Shown: in pieces, positions 17,401-26,901 of the stretch
Position numbering within the stretch: the first letter of the stretch is position 1
How the letters are laid out: every line of letters begins with the position of its first letter
From: a virus
Strand: one strand, 5' to 3'
Virus record (IMG/VR): IMGVR_UViG_3300009514_000374
Coordinates: 1 to 64,000 of that record
Length of the DNA stretch: 64,000 nucleotides
Made by a program: the position numbers and the translations under genes
The notes under the pieces: model-generated
What the model was told of the DNA's origin: nothing
The model's input: the letters and a program-made list of their open reading frames with translations, nothing else
Database searches by the model: none

Positions 17401-17598
17401 CTATGGGCGACGAGGGTGAGGTTCCCCAAGGTGGCGCCGGAGCACTACCCGAGCCTCGTGTCGAGCGGAGATCAAATCGGGGTCACTGATCCCGTAGGGG
17501 TCGGAGGCGACCAGGAGATCGACCAGGGCATCGACCAGGCGACGGGTTGTCAGGTCCACAGGCTGAGAGTCGGGGGCGGGGTTGGGTACGGCTTGCAT
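17401..17598 (-). CDS. Hypothetical protein
   Basis: Short ORF in operon-like run. Confidence 0.45.
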   Translation of the reverse strand: MQAVPNPAPDSQPVDLTTRRLVDALVDLLVASDPYGISDPDLISARHEARVVLRRHLGEPHPRRP

Positions 17599-17600
17599 GA

Positions 17601-17882
17601 TCACCACGTTTGGATCGGAGGGATGTAGTCTTGGAGGCCGTCGTCTTTCGGCGGCTTCTCGTCCGTACCTTGGGGTTTGGGGTCCGATCCAGTTTTCGGC
17701 TTTTTCTGCTTCTCGTCTTTGTGACGCTCGCGGTCGTCGTCGGTCGCAGCACCGAGATGTTCCTCGACCAAGGATTCCACGAACGACGACGAGGACTCGT
17801 CGCGTTCGTCGGCGTACCGCTTGATCCGAGTACCCGTCGTGTCTTTTACCGAGATGCTTTTGCGATCCGTACCTTTACCCAT
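17601..17882 (-). CDS. Hypothetical protein, possibly ribbon-helix-helix
   Basis: RKSISVK..RIKRYAD..SSFVESLVEEHL. Confidence 0.55.
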   Translation of the reverse strand: MGKGTDRKSISVKDTTGTRIKRYADERDESSSSFVESLVEEHLGAATDDDRERHKDEKQKKPKTGSDPKPQGTDEKPPKDDGLQDYIPPIQTW

Positions 17883-17891
17883 CGATCGATC

Positions 17892-18398
17892 TTACCCCGT
17901 TGGATCCTTTCGTCGGAAAGAAATTCGGGGCGTGTTTTCCTGCCGATCGATGGCGGCAAGTAGCTCGTCGCGGAGGGCAGGATCTACGTCAGCGGCCCGT
18001 TCCTCAAAGTCGGAGGTCGTCTTGTACGACACAGTGCGAACGAAAAGGTCGGAGAATGTCTCACCGAGCTTGGCTCGGAGCGCAGAGAGATCCGCATCCT
18101 TGCGGACGACGACGGACGCATTCGGGATCTTGATCGTCGCCCAAGCATCTTCGGATCGGATCGTGATTTCGTGTTCCCCGGTTTTCTCATAGCGCTTCAC
18201 TCCCTCGGCACGGAGCTTGGTCTTGAACGCCTCCAAGGTCTTGTTGGCGGCGTGTTGCACTTGCCAGAGAATTGCCCCGGCCTCGACCATCTGATTGAGG
18301 TCGGAGGCCGAGGCGAGCAAGTCCAGGTCGGACAGAATGTCGGCCATGATCTCGGCGGGCGTGTACTCCCCGTCGTTTTTGTTCTTGGCGCCGAGCAT
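17892..18398 (-). CDS. Hypothetical protein
   Basis: ATG overlaps upstream TGA. Confidence 0.7.
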   Translation of the reverse strand: MLGAKNKNDGEYTPAEIMADILSDLDLLASASDLNQMVEAGAILWQVQHAANKTLEAFKTKLRAEGVKRYEKTGEHEITIRSEDAWATIKIPNASVVVRKDADLSALRAKLGETFSDLFVRTVSYKTTSDFEERAADVDPALRDELLAAIDRQENTPRISFRRKDPTG

Positions 18399-19366
18399 CA
18401 CAGGCAATCCTTGTGGAAGGTGCCGCCGTTTTCGATCCACAGGCATTGGTCGCCGTTCGGGATCGTCTTGCTGCACGAGGCACACGTCGGGTTGTTCCGC
18501 GCCTTGATCGGCATAGCCTTGGTCTTGTCCCACTTGGCCTTGCTCTTGCGCTTGGTCGTGCTTTTCTTGGTCGTGCGCCGGTTTCCCGTCACCGCGCCCA
18601 CAGCCTCGTCAAGCTCGTCCAACAGGTCGTCCGTGCGCACGCCTTCCGACGCCGCCTGCTTCACCCGCGCTTTGGCGCGAGCCGAGCGCTCCGCCTTGAC
18701 GCGCTCCGCCTCGATCTCCTGTGAGATCCGAGCGTACTCGGCACGAACCGCTTGCACGCACTCGGCAGCGAGCGGACACGTCTTACACGCGCGGGCTCGG
18801 CTGGAGTGATAGCCGAAGCACTTGGTCGCACCGATCGCTTGCGAGCGAATGAACCCATCCTCGTGATAAGCCCGAGCGTCGGGTCGGCGAAGCTCCACGA
18901 GATTGTCGGGCGCAGCCTCGGTTTCGGTTGTCTCCACCGTCAGCGTCGCGGGAGCTTCGGTCGGCGCAACCGATGCCTCGGCAGCGGCCGTGACCTCGGC
19001 GAGCAGATTGTCAGCGGTGGGCGTGACGGGTGCTTTGACAGCGGTAGGTGCGTCGCCGCCCTCCGCTGCTACAAGCTCCCGAGCTTCGGCGATCCCCTCG
19101 GCTGTGATCGTCCAGTTGCCTCGGCCTTTCTGATCGGTTACGCCTCGCAGCTTGAGCTTGCGAAATGCGATGCCGATCCATTGGTGAGTCTGGAGTCTCC
19201 CGGTGCTGATCGTGCCATACTGTTCCTCGGTGATCCCCATGCGAGAGAAGATCGTCGGGAACACATCGCGCATCGCTACCGCCTTGTTGGGTGTCCAGTC
19301 GGCCGCCAGCGCGAGCGCGACGAGAACGTGCGGGGAGAACGTCTTGGGTGTTGGTTTCGTGGTCAT
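18398..19366 (-). CDS. Winged-helix (Mrr N-terminal-like) protein with Cys-rich domains
   Basis: RGNWTITAEG; CFG..CKTCPLAAEC; CASC..HKDC. Confidence 0.65.
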   Translation of the reverse strand: MTTKPTPKTFSPHVLVALALAADWTPNKAVAMRDVFPTIFSRMGITEEQYGTISTGRLQTHQWIGIAFRKLKLRGVTDQKGRGNWTITAEGIAEARELVAAEGGDAPTAVKAPVTPTADNLLAEVTAAAEASVAPTEAPATLTVETTETEAAPDNLVELRRPDARAYHEDGFIRSQAIGATKCFGYHSSRARACKTCPLAAECVQAVRAEYARISQEIEAERVKAERSARAKARVKQAASEGVRTDDLLDELDEAVGAVTGNRRTTKKSTTKRKSKAKWDKTKAMPIKARNNPTCASCSKTIPNGDQCLWIENGGTFHKDCL

Positions 19367-19389
19367 GGTTGCGTTCCTTCGGGCTCAAA

Positions 19390-20610
19390 CTACGAGCCAA
19401 AAAAGTCACTGCTCTTGTTCTCCCCGGAGCGGTCGCCTTCATCGAGGATACCTCCGGGGATATGGGGGGACATCAGACGAGCCGCCTCCAGGCGAGTCTC
19501 GCTGTCGGGCATTCCGTCGAGCACCATCCGTGCTGCGCGGCGCATGAGATCGCGGGGCACTTTGCCCGTGGGGTCGAGGGAAAGAATGTCGTCCGCGTGC
19601 CCCACAAAGTTGCACAAGTCGCGGTGGCTGAATTCCGCCGCAAGCTCGTCGTCCATGATCTTTTGACGCAGAGCTTGGGTAGCCTTGCCGATGCCTTCCA
19701 AAGCTGCCCCGCATCGTTCGGAGAACAGCGGGAATTTGGAGCGAATGACCTTTTCCTCGTCCTCCCACTCCATGAAATGAAACTCCAGCTTCCGCTCAAA
19801 GCGCCCCATCAGAGAAGCGTCCAACACGTTCGCCGACGTGTAGCGCATACGCTCGTCTCCGCCACCGGCCGTGTTCGCGGTCATTACGATCACGGTGCCG
19901 GGAAGCACCTTGAACGTCTCGCCGCTCGGGCCAGGGATGCGTCCCTCGATCGAGTCGAGGATCAGCCGCAGAATCTCTGCTTGCGATTTGGTCGCTCGGT
20001 CGCCATCCGTGATCAGGATCAGGTATGGAACCCGCTCGCCATCCTCTGTCACGTAGCCATCGCGGGCTGCGAGCAACAGATCGCCGTACTCCCACGACGT
20101 TCCGTTTTGGTCGAAGCTCTGCGAGTACAGCCACGGCTCGATGTCTGCGCCGGGGATGATCTGGAATTTCTTGGCAGGCCAACGGGTCGCGGCCGAGATA
20201 GCGTGAATGAAACCATCCTTGCCGGTGCCGCTCAGACCCCAAATGTACAGGTGCCGCCGCTTCTTGAGCGCGATGGCAGCCTCTTGGCAATCGAGCGCCA
20301 GGTCACCTTGGGTCGGGAACCTGTACTCGTGCGGCATCTTGAGGCACGCCATTTCGGGCACGCCAGCGTTGAGCCTGAGCGGCACGCTGCACACGTTCAC
20401 CATAAGCTCGTTGACGGCCGGGGGGTGCTCACGCTTGATCCGCTTTGCCTCCAGCCGATCCACTACCTCACTGCTCACGACGGCGTGCGCCGGAAACTGG
20501 TCGAGGTAGTCGTCCAGGGAGAGGTCGTGTGCGGCCTCGATGTGGTCGCCGAGCCAGTGATCGGTGTGGCCGCAAATCTGGCACTTGGGGAGAGCTTGTG
20601 TGGTGCTCAT
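19390..20610 (-). CDS. MoxR/CbbQ/CobS-like AAA+ ATPase with N-terminal C2H2 finger
   Basis: CQIC..H...H; GLSGTGK; TANTAGGGD..Y..NVLDASLMGRF. Confidence 0.85.
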   Translation of the reverse strand: MSTTQALPKCQICGHTDHWLGDHIEAAHDLSLDDYLDQFPAHAVVSSEVVDRLEAKRIKREHPPAVNELMVNVCSVPLRLNAGVPEMACLKMPHEYRFPTQGDLALDCQEAAIALKKRRHLYIWGLSGTGKDGFIHAISAATRWPAKKFQIIPGADIEPWLYSQSFDQNGTSWEYGDLLLAARDGYVTEDGERVPYLILITDGDRATKSQAEILRLILDSIEGRIPGPSGETFKVLPGTVIVMTANTAGGGDERMRYTSANVLDASLMGRFERKLEFHFMEWEDEEKVIRSKFPLFSERCGAALEGIGKATQALRQKIMDDELAAEFSHRDLCNFVGHADDILSLDPTGKVPRDLMRRAARMVLDGMPDSETRLEAARLMSPHIPGGILDEGDRSGENKSSDFFGS

Positions 20611-20659
20611 TGGGATACTCCAGTCGGCTCAAAGTAAGAGCCGTTCGTTGGCAGTCTCC

Positions 20660-20687
20660 TTACGCCATCCGCCCCGGAACCGAAACC
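20660..20687 (-). promoter_or_regulatory. GGTTTC-N17-CGT motif
   Basis: GGTTTC-ggttccggggcggatgg-CGTAA upstream of AAA gene. Confidence 0.75.
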
Positions 20688-20806
20688 TCGGGGGAACGTC
20701 GGAAGGCATGAACGAGGGCCTGCATGGTCCTACAACGCCACACGGGGCGAAAAGGAAACTGCTCAACGGAGGGTCGATTTGGCGTATAGAGGATGGAGCC
20801 CCGCGA

Positions 20807-20835
20807 GGTTTCGGTTCGGGGCCGGTTGCCGTTCA
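20807..20835 (+). promoter_or_regulatory. GGTTTC-N17-CGT motif
   Basis: GGTTTC-ggttcggggccggttgc-CGTTCA, 8 nt before ATG 20844. Confidence 0.75.
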
Positions 20836-20843
20836 AGGTACGC

Positions 20844-23567
20844 ATGACCGCCAAAGCCAAATTGCCCGAGGCTCCTGCGACCTTCGATGGCGCCCGTTGG
20901 GCGGCGACTCACCAAGCGTCGGTGGACACCATTCTCGCGGGCACTCGTGACCGCCGAACGGTCGTCAGCCGAGGCTCCCGCTTCTACAATCGGGATGCCT
21001 GGACGAGCCGATCCTTGGTCGGCGCCATGATTGAGTGGGCGCAGCGAAACCCCGGCTCCAAGCCGACGTGGGAGACTGTTGAGGCGTGGGTCAACCAGGC
21101 GAATCGCATGACCGTCGATAGCACGGGCATCGTGATCGCGGCAACCCCGAGGCGTCTGTCTCGGCGGGTTGCTTTGGCGCTTGCGGGTGGCGGACACCAC
21201 GAGGCATTCCATACGCTGTACTCGTGCCGTCGTCGGATCACGGTTCACGAGTTCTGGCAGATCATCGAGCCCCGGTGGGAAAAAGCCGACTGGTCGAAGC
21301 TCGGGAAGCTGCTCCAAGAATTCTGCGACATTATCGAGGATGTTCGGATCGAGCGTCGCGGCTGCGAGGAATTTCCCGGCGTCGCTACGCCGATGGCAGA
21401 CCTCCAAGATTTCGTGTTGGGCCAAGAGGCTGAGTCTCGCCGGGTTGCCTACGAACAGGGCGCTCAGGTTACGGATGTGATCACGCCGCTCACCACGATC
21501 ACTTGCACCTTCCGTGACATTGCCCTCGGGTACAACACACGCATGGTCCGCGCGGCCATTGAGGAACGCCAGAGTGCGCACCCGGAGGCCCACGAGGTCG
21601 TGGTCAAAGGCCCGCTTCGATCTGTGCTTGAGGATGCGGTTGCGCTCGGGCGTGACGACGATCTTGGCTACATTCGCGTCTCGATGGACGCGGTGATCGT
21701 GCTCCGCGATTTGGCGGACTCGATGCCCGAGCAAGCGCAGCAACAGGCGGGCGAAATGGCCTGTCCCTCGTGTGGTGCCCCGCCGACCAAGCTCCGCCTC
21801 CGCCCGAAACGGGTCGATGGCAAGCGGGTCAAAGGCAAGGGCATCGTGCGCTGCACTGTCTGCGGCCACGAGGAAGAGATCGAATTCAACGACGAGCCCG
21901 AGCAGTCTGATTCCGACTCCGATTCCGACTCCACGCCGATTCAGGTTGAGGATTGGGACGACGAGGATCAGGACGAGGATCAGGACGGCCAAGGTGGTTC
22001 TCAGGATCAAGATCAGGACGCGGATTCCGAGGGCGACGAGGATCAGGACGCGGGCGAGGGCAAGGGTTCGGAGAGCGGTGACGGCTCCGAGGGCGACGAG
22101 GATCAGGACGGTGATGGAGAGGGCGACGATTCCGAGGGCGACGAGGGTGACGAGGACGCCGACGATCAAGACGGTGGGGGCGGAGGCTCCGAGGATGGCT
22201 CCGAGGATGGCTCCGAGGATGGTTCCGAGGATGGTTCCGAGGATGGCTCCGAGGATGGTTCCGAGGATGGCGACGGCGAGGATGGCGACGGCGAGGATGG
22301 CTCCGAGGATGGCTCCGAGGATGGCGACGGCGAGGATGGTTCCGAGGATGGTTCCGAGGATGGCGACGGCGAGGATGGTTCCGAGGATGGCGACGGCGAG
22401 GATGGCGACGGCGAGGATGGCGACGGCGAGGATGGTTCCGAGGATGGCTCCGAGGCGGGCGACTCCGAAGGTGGGACAACCGGAGGCGAGGCGGCGCCCA
22501 CGGACAACCAGGAGCCTTGGAGCGACGCCGCCAATGACCTGCTCGATCTGGCCGAGGCTGGCGAAGAATCCGGCCGACTCGATCAAGCTGACGCTCTCGG
22601 CGAGGCGTTTGAGGATGCCCGTGACGACGAGCGTGACGTGAAGCAAGGTGAGCGCGAGTGGCGTCCGTATGACCCCTCGATGGACTCGGTGAATTTCCCC
22701 CCGACCACACAACGCGACAACCAAGCGGCGCGACAATTCATCGACTCGGTGAAGCGCCAGGTTTCGTACATGCGTGCTCGGCTTCGCAACATGGTCCGCG
22801 CGGCGGAGATGAATGAGACGGAGCACGGCGTCAAGAAAGGACGCAAGCTCTCACGTCGCACGCTCGTACACTCGCGCGGATGCCTGCAAGCAGGGCGGAT
22901 GCCAAACCGGGCCTACCAGGAAACCGAGATCGGGATCGATACCAGCGTTGCCGCTGCGATCAGCTTGGATCAGTCGGGAAGCACAAGCCGCATCCGTAAC
23001 CAGTTGATCCAAGGGATGTTCGCCATCGCTGAGCCCATCGACCAGATTGGCGGGGCCTGTATGGCGTTCGGTTGGCGCAACGGCTCGGGCCGGGGCATCC
23101 CCCGCGAGGAACAGAACGACCCCATGATTCGGGGTTGTCACCGCACGAGCGGGATCAACTTTGACGTGTTCAAGACCTTTGACGAGAAATTCTCGACCGC
23201 CAAGGCGCGCTTCACCAAGGCCGTTTCGCAGGGTGGCACGCCGATGGCTGATGGTATCGAGTTTGGTCTGCGGGCGTTGAGCGAGCGCAACGAGGGCCAC
23301 AGAATTCTGTTCGTACTCACGGACGGGATGCCTGCCCCGAATCACGCGCAAATCATCCCGAGCCAGCTTCGCCGCGCGGCGAAAGCAGGGATCCTCGTGA
23401 TCGGTGTTGGTGTCGGCGAGGGGACCGAGTACGTCAAAGACGTGTTCCCTGAGTCGGTGTACGCGCCTCGCATCGAGGAATTGCCTCGGCTGCTTATCGC
23501 CAAGATCAATCGTCTGCTCGATTTCTCCGAGCGTAACCGGGGCCGTCGTCTGAGCGAGGCGGGCTAA
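20844..23567 (+). CDS. CobT-like vWA protein with HExxH region, zinc ribbon and acidic linker
   Basis: HHEAFH..IEDVRIE; CPSC..CTVC; MIDAS DQSGS..GGT..LTDG. Confidence 0.85.
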   Translation: MTAKAKLPEAPATFDGARWAATHQASVDTILAGTRDRRTVVSRGSRFYNRDAWTSRSLVGAMIEWAQRNPGSKPTWETVEAWVNQANRMTVDSTGIVIAATPRRLSRRVALALAGGGHHEAFHTLYSCRRRITVHEFWQIIEPRWEKADWSKLGKLLQEFCDIIEDVRIERRGCEEFPGVATPMADLQDFVLGQEAESRRVAYEQGAQVTDVITPLTTITCTFRDIALGYNTRMVRAAIEERQSAHPEAHEVVVKGPLRSVLEDAVALGRDDDLGYIRVSMDAVIVLRDLADSMPEQAQQQAGEMACPSCGAPPTKLRLRPKRVDGKRVKGKGIVRCTVCGHEEEIEFNDEPEQSDSDSDSDSTPIQVEDWDDEDQDEDQDGQGGSQDQDQDADSEGDEDQDAGEGKGSESGDGSEGDEDQDGDGEGDDSEGDEGDEDADDQDGGGGGSEDGSEDGSEDGSEDGSEDGSEDGSEDGDGEDGDGEDGSEDGSEDGDGEDGSEDGSEDGDGEDGSEDGDGEDGDGEDGDGEDGSEDGSEAGDSEGGTTGGEAAPTDNQEPWSDAANDLLDLAEAGEESGRLDQADALGEAFEDARDDERDVKQGEREWRPYDPSMDSVNFPPTTQRDNQAARQFIDSVKRQVSYMRARLRNMVRAAEMNETEHGVKKGRKLSRRTLVHSRGCLQAGRMPNRAYQETEIGIDTSVAAAISLDQSGSTSRIRNQLIQGMFAIAEPIDQIGGACMAFGWRNGSGRGIPREEQNDPMIRGCHRTSGINFDVFKTFDEKFSTAKARFTKAVSQGGTPMADGIEFGLRALSERNEGHRILFVLTDGMPAPNHAQIIPSQLRRAAKAGILVIGVGVGEGTEYVKDVFPESVYAPRIEELPRLLIAKINRLLDFSERNRGRRLSEAG
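22186..22456. repeat. 12/15-nt tandem repeats encoding GSED / GDGED
   Basis: GG(C/T)TCCGAGGAT and GGCGACGGCGAGGAT arrays inside the vWA gene. Confidence 0.9.
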
Positions 23568-23581
23568 CGGAGGTACTGACC

Positions 23582-24253
23582 ATGCCCAAAAAGGCGACCA
23601 AGAAACGACCGAAAAAGCGGTGGGTCTGTCCCGAGTGCGAGGTAGGGCTCCTTGCACCGGCCAAGATGCAGCCGCTCGACGTGCGTAGGTTCTGTTTGGA
23701 CTGCTCGGCTGAGTCGGGGCGTCGCACGATGGTCGAGCGCGTCTGCCCAACCATCGAACGCCAGCGTGCAGCCAAGGCCGAGCGCGCTGCCGAGAAGCGG
23801 GCCAAGCGATCCCGGAAGCGCAAGGTGCAGGAGATCCAGACGTACCTCTACGCCGGGATCCACATGAAGCAGGAGCTTCACCGGGTCGCGCGCCTGAGCG
23901 TGTTCAAGGGGTCGTTCAAGGGCAAGATGCCTGACCTCCGTCTGACGGACAAGGGCGCCTGGTCGTCCAACCCCAACTACGTCCGTGGATCGAATTTCCG
24001 ACGAGGGCTCGGCGTCGAGCACAAGACCGTTGTCGAGATCGAGCACCACGTCGATGCTGACCCGGCCGCGATCAAAGCGGCCATGCTCGTGCAGCTTGTG
24101 CTCATGGCGAAGGGGCACGACGACCTCACCACGGATCGTATCGGCGCGGTGGCGAAGGCCGCGTACCAGTTGGACGAGTACAACATCGCTGGCTGCGCCG
24201 ACTGGTGGGATGCCGAGAACATGGTGGCGGATCAACTGCGGGCGAAGGGCTGA
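23582..24253 (+). CDS. Zinc-finger hypothetical protein
   Basis: CPEC..FCLDC; GGAGG RBS. Confidence 0.7.
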   Translation: MPKKATKKRPKKRWVCPECEVGLLAPAKMQPLDVRRFCLDCSAESGRRTMVERVCPTIERQRAAKAERAAEKRAKRSRKRKVQEIQTYLYAGIHMKQELHRVARLSVFKGSFKGKMPDLRLTDKGAWSSNPNYVRGSNFRRGLGVEHKTVVEIEHHVDADPAAIKAAMLVQLVLMAKGHDDLTTDRIGAVAKAAYQLDEYNIAGCADWWDAENMVADQLRAKG

Positions 24254-24618
24254 TGGAGTACCGCACCCTGTTTGTTCAATGGCTGCACGAGGCGGGGGAG
24301 CTTTCCCTGTCCGAAGCTCAGGAGCGCATGAAGGCGTGGCAAGCTGAGATCGGTTTGCGGCTCTTTCCGCGCGACGCGAGTTTGCGTCACGTCGATCCGA
24401 TGATCGGCTACCACATGGAAAAGGCGGTGCTCGATCTTAGTGACGGTGAAGATGCGGTGGTAGAGTGCGACATCGCCAGCCTCGACCCGACACAACGAGC
24501 AGTCCTGTTGGAATGGTGGGAGGGAGACGACGGGGAATGGGGCGAGGGCGAGTACGCCGTGCTCGATTCGATCGTGTGGAAATCCGTTGGTCAAGCCCAA
24601 GAAAAAGCCTCCGCCTGA
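24253..24618 (+). CDS. Hypothetical protein
   Basis: TGATG coupling to upstream gene. Confidence 0.6.
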   Translation: MEYRTLFVQWLHEAGELSLSEAQERMKAWQAEIGLRLFPRDASLRHVDPMIGYHMEKAVLDLSDGEDAVVECDIASLDPTQRAVLLEWWEGDDGEWGEGEYAVLDSIVWKSVGQAQEKASA

Positions 24619-24910
24619 TACCCCCGCCAACCTGGCCGGGCGTGCCCGGCTCCGGCGCGAGCAGGCGTGGCAGAATGCCTGCGGTGGCATCTGGATCATC
24701 GTGGGCAAAGAGGGGGAGTCGCCGGGGCGCCCGGCCAAGCGAGAGATACCCGAGGACGTTCAGGAGCGCTACAAGCAGGAGCTAGCTCGCCTGGAGCGGG
24801 AATGGAAAGCCAAGCGTAAGAAGGCCGTAGAGGCGCCCTCAGAGCGTCCCAAGGCGGACACACCCCCCGACAAAGACGGGGCTGATCTGATCGATTTCCT
24901 GCTCTCGTAG
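24587..24910 (+). CDS. Hypothetical protein
   Basis: ORF in operon-like run. Confidence 0.5.
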   Translation: MVKPKKKPPPDTPANLAGRARLRREQAWQNACGGIWIIVGKEGESPGRPAKREIPEDVQERYKQELARLEREWKAKRKKAVEAPSERPKADTPPDKDGADLIDFLLS

Positions 24911-24938
24911 GTTTCGGATCGGAGTCGAGCATCGTCTT
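24910..24938 (+). promoter_or_regulatory. GGTTTC-N17-CGT motif
   Basis: GGTTTC-ggatcggagtcgagcat-CGTCTT upstream of 24959. Confidence 0.75.
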
Positions 24939-24958
24939 AGGGGTGGAGGTAACGGACC

Positions 24959-25411
24959 ATGACCGAATTCACGTTTTCGGGCGAAACCTACAAGGTTTCC
25001 GGCAAAAACAAGACCCGCGCGGATGTTGACCGGGAGGGCGCGGCTCGACTCGCGCGGACGGCTCAGGTCCCGCACGACACGGGCATAACCCCTCGGGCGT
25101 TCGTCAAGGCTCAGGTCGCCATGTTCCTGTTGGATGGGATGCCCGTAAGGATCGGGCGGCACGTCATCGAGGTCGTCTACGGTTCCTTCCGACTTTGGGT
25201 CACCCCGAAGGCTCACTGTGACGACGTTCACTACGATGCGTTCGCATTCGCGGCAGGTGGCCGCTGCGCACGAACCGTCTCGTGTTGGGCGCTTCCGCTG
25301 GAGCGGGTTGAGGCCGATTTCCTGCACATTGCCGATGCGTTTCTCGCAACGGTCGAGGCCGATGCCGACGACCTCCCGATCGAGATCATCGAGGGAACGA
25401 GGGCTGCATGA
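24959..25411 (+). CDS. Hypothetical protein
   Basis: GGAGGT RBS. Confidence 0.7.
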   Translation: MTEFTFSGETYKVSGKNKTRADVDREGAARLARTAQVPHDTGITPRAFVKAQVAMFLLDGMPVRIGRHVIEVVYGSFRLWVTPKAHCDDVHYDAFAFAAGGRCARTVSCWALPLERVEADFLHIADAFLATVEADADDLPIEIIEGTRAA

Positions 25412-26478
25412 AGCACCCCGACCTGCATTTCGACGTACTCACGCGGAACGACAACCCCCTCCGCTCGCTGTACTACGGCCTGCGGGCGGCGGGCAGGGAC
25501 ATTATCGACCGGGCCAAGGGTGGAGCTTCACTCGACCCCTACATCCAATTGAACAACGGACTGCGTGAGCTTCTGGGCGTTCAGCCGAGCGCCGCAACGG
25601 CCTTGGAGTCGATGTTCTGGTACGAGACGTTCGGCCAGCAGGCGTTCATGCTCGGCAAGCGCCTCCAGGCGATGTTCTCGATCACGTCGCTCAAGAATCT
25701 ACCGCGCGATGCGATCCGCCTGCCCTACCCGTGCATCTATGTCGCCACGCCGGACAGCGAGGTTCAGGTGTGGGGTGGCAATCGGACACAGTGGCACCGG
25801 ATGCGAGGGTTCTACATGCTCCAAGTGGGGTCGAAGGTGCTGCTTCTGATGTGGGGCGGCCCGAACAAGCACTCGCACAACGAGCTTGACGATGCGACCG
25901 CGTGGGTGACGATCGATCTGGACGAGGCCGAGAAATTCTCGGACCTGGAAACGTACCTCGCCGACATGACCTCCAACCCGCTTCGCGCCGACCACGACGA
26001 GGGCATGGGTCTGATGGCTGAGCACGCCGAGGATCCGATGCGCGAGTCGTACCACACCGTTCTGCGACTCGGGCTCAACATGCTCCTGTACCTCCAGAGC
26101 GACGCACGCGAGGCCGAGGTAAGCACGCGCCAGGAGCGCGAAAATGAGATCCGATCCCGCCTGCGGGGTAAGAAGAATCTGAAAAAGGGCAAGGCCAAGT
26201 ACGCGATGCGCGAGCTTGAGAATTTGTCCGACGCCATCGTGACGAGGATCGCGCCGACCATCGAGGCCCAAACGGGCACGCTCCCGACGCGGAGCACGGC
26301 CCGGCGCCATTGGGTGCAGGGCCATTGGAAGCGCGTATGGGTGGGCTCAGCCGACGAACGCCGCAAGGAGCCCCGGTGGGTCATGCCCTACGAGCGGAAC
26401 AGGGACATGGCAGCGGCGATAAACCGTCGATACTACGAGTTTTCCGGCGATCTCCCCGATCCCGGCGAAGATCGTTGA
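25408..26478 (+). CDS. Phage protein with C-terminal HxxxGHW motif
   Basis: RRHWVQGHWKRVWVG..WVMPY. Confidence 0.75.
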   Translation: MKHPDLHFDVLTRNDNPLRSLYYGLRAAGRDIIDRAKGGASLDPYIQLNNGLRELLGVQPSAATALESMFWYETFGQQAFMLGKRLQAMFSITSLKNLPRDAIRLPYPCIYVATPDSEVQVWGGNRTQWHRMRGFYMLQVGSKVLLLMWGGPNKHSHNELDDATAWVTIDLDEAEKFSDLETYLADMTSNPLRADHDEGMGLMAEHAEDPMRESYHTVLRLGLNMLLYLQSDAREAEVSTRQERENEIRSRLRGKKNLKKGKAKYAMRELENLSDAIVTRIAPTIEAQTGTLPTRSTARRHWVQGHWKRVWVGSADERRKEPRWVMPYERNRDMAAAINRRYYEFSGDLPDPGEDR

Positions 26479-26541
26479 TCCGGTTATAGGCCAGCCTGGT
26501 TACGGAGGGCGACTATCGCGCCCGTTCCCAGGAGAATTCCC

Positions 26542-26889
26542 ATGACCGATCATCTCCGAGCCGCAACCATTCGACTGGCTCACGAAAACCCGGAGCTTCG
26601 GCCCCTTCTCCTGCCCCTCTTGACCGCCTCGGACGACGAGGACGAAAAAGAAGGCAGGTTTGAGGAAGGCGAGGACGTTCCCCTGGACGAGCTTCCCAAG
26701 GAGCTACAAAAGAACGTCACCGATCCTCCGCCCTCCGTCGAGAAGGTCAAGGAGAAGATCAAGAGCAAGGGGCAGAGCACGAACAAGCCGCCCGGCAAAC
26801 AAGCATCGCTCCGCGAGCAGACGATCCGTCTTGCGCACGCGAAGCCCCATCTCCGCGAGCACCTTCTCCCATTGCTCAAGGGCGAGTAG
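26542..26889 (+). CDS. Tagged protein, IRLAH tag at both termini
   Basis: LRAATIRLAHENPELRPLLLPLL ... LREQTIRLAHAKPHLREHLLPLL. Confidence 0.8.
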   Translation: MTDHLRAATIRLAHENPELRPLLLPLLTASDDEDEKEGRFEEGEDVPLDELPKELQKNVTDPPPSVEKVKEKIKSKGQSTNKPPGKQASLREQTIRLAHAKPHLREHLLPLLKGE

Positions 26890-26901
26890 TCGGAGGTAGT
26901 C

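Noticed and set aside
22186-22456. Tandem repeats as CRISPR or iterons
   Set aside because: In-frame coding repeats (GSED/GDGED) with no unique spacers.
20763-22826. 687-aa minus-strand ORF with hydrophobic AILG repeats
   Set aside because: Antisense shadow of the acidic repeat in the vWA gene; other long antisense ORFs (19291, 42268, 61731) were rejected likewise.
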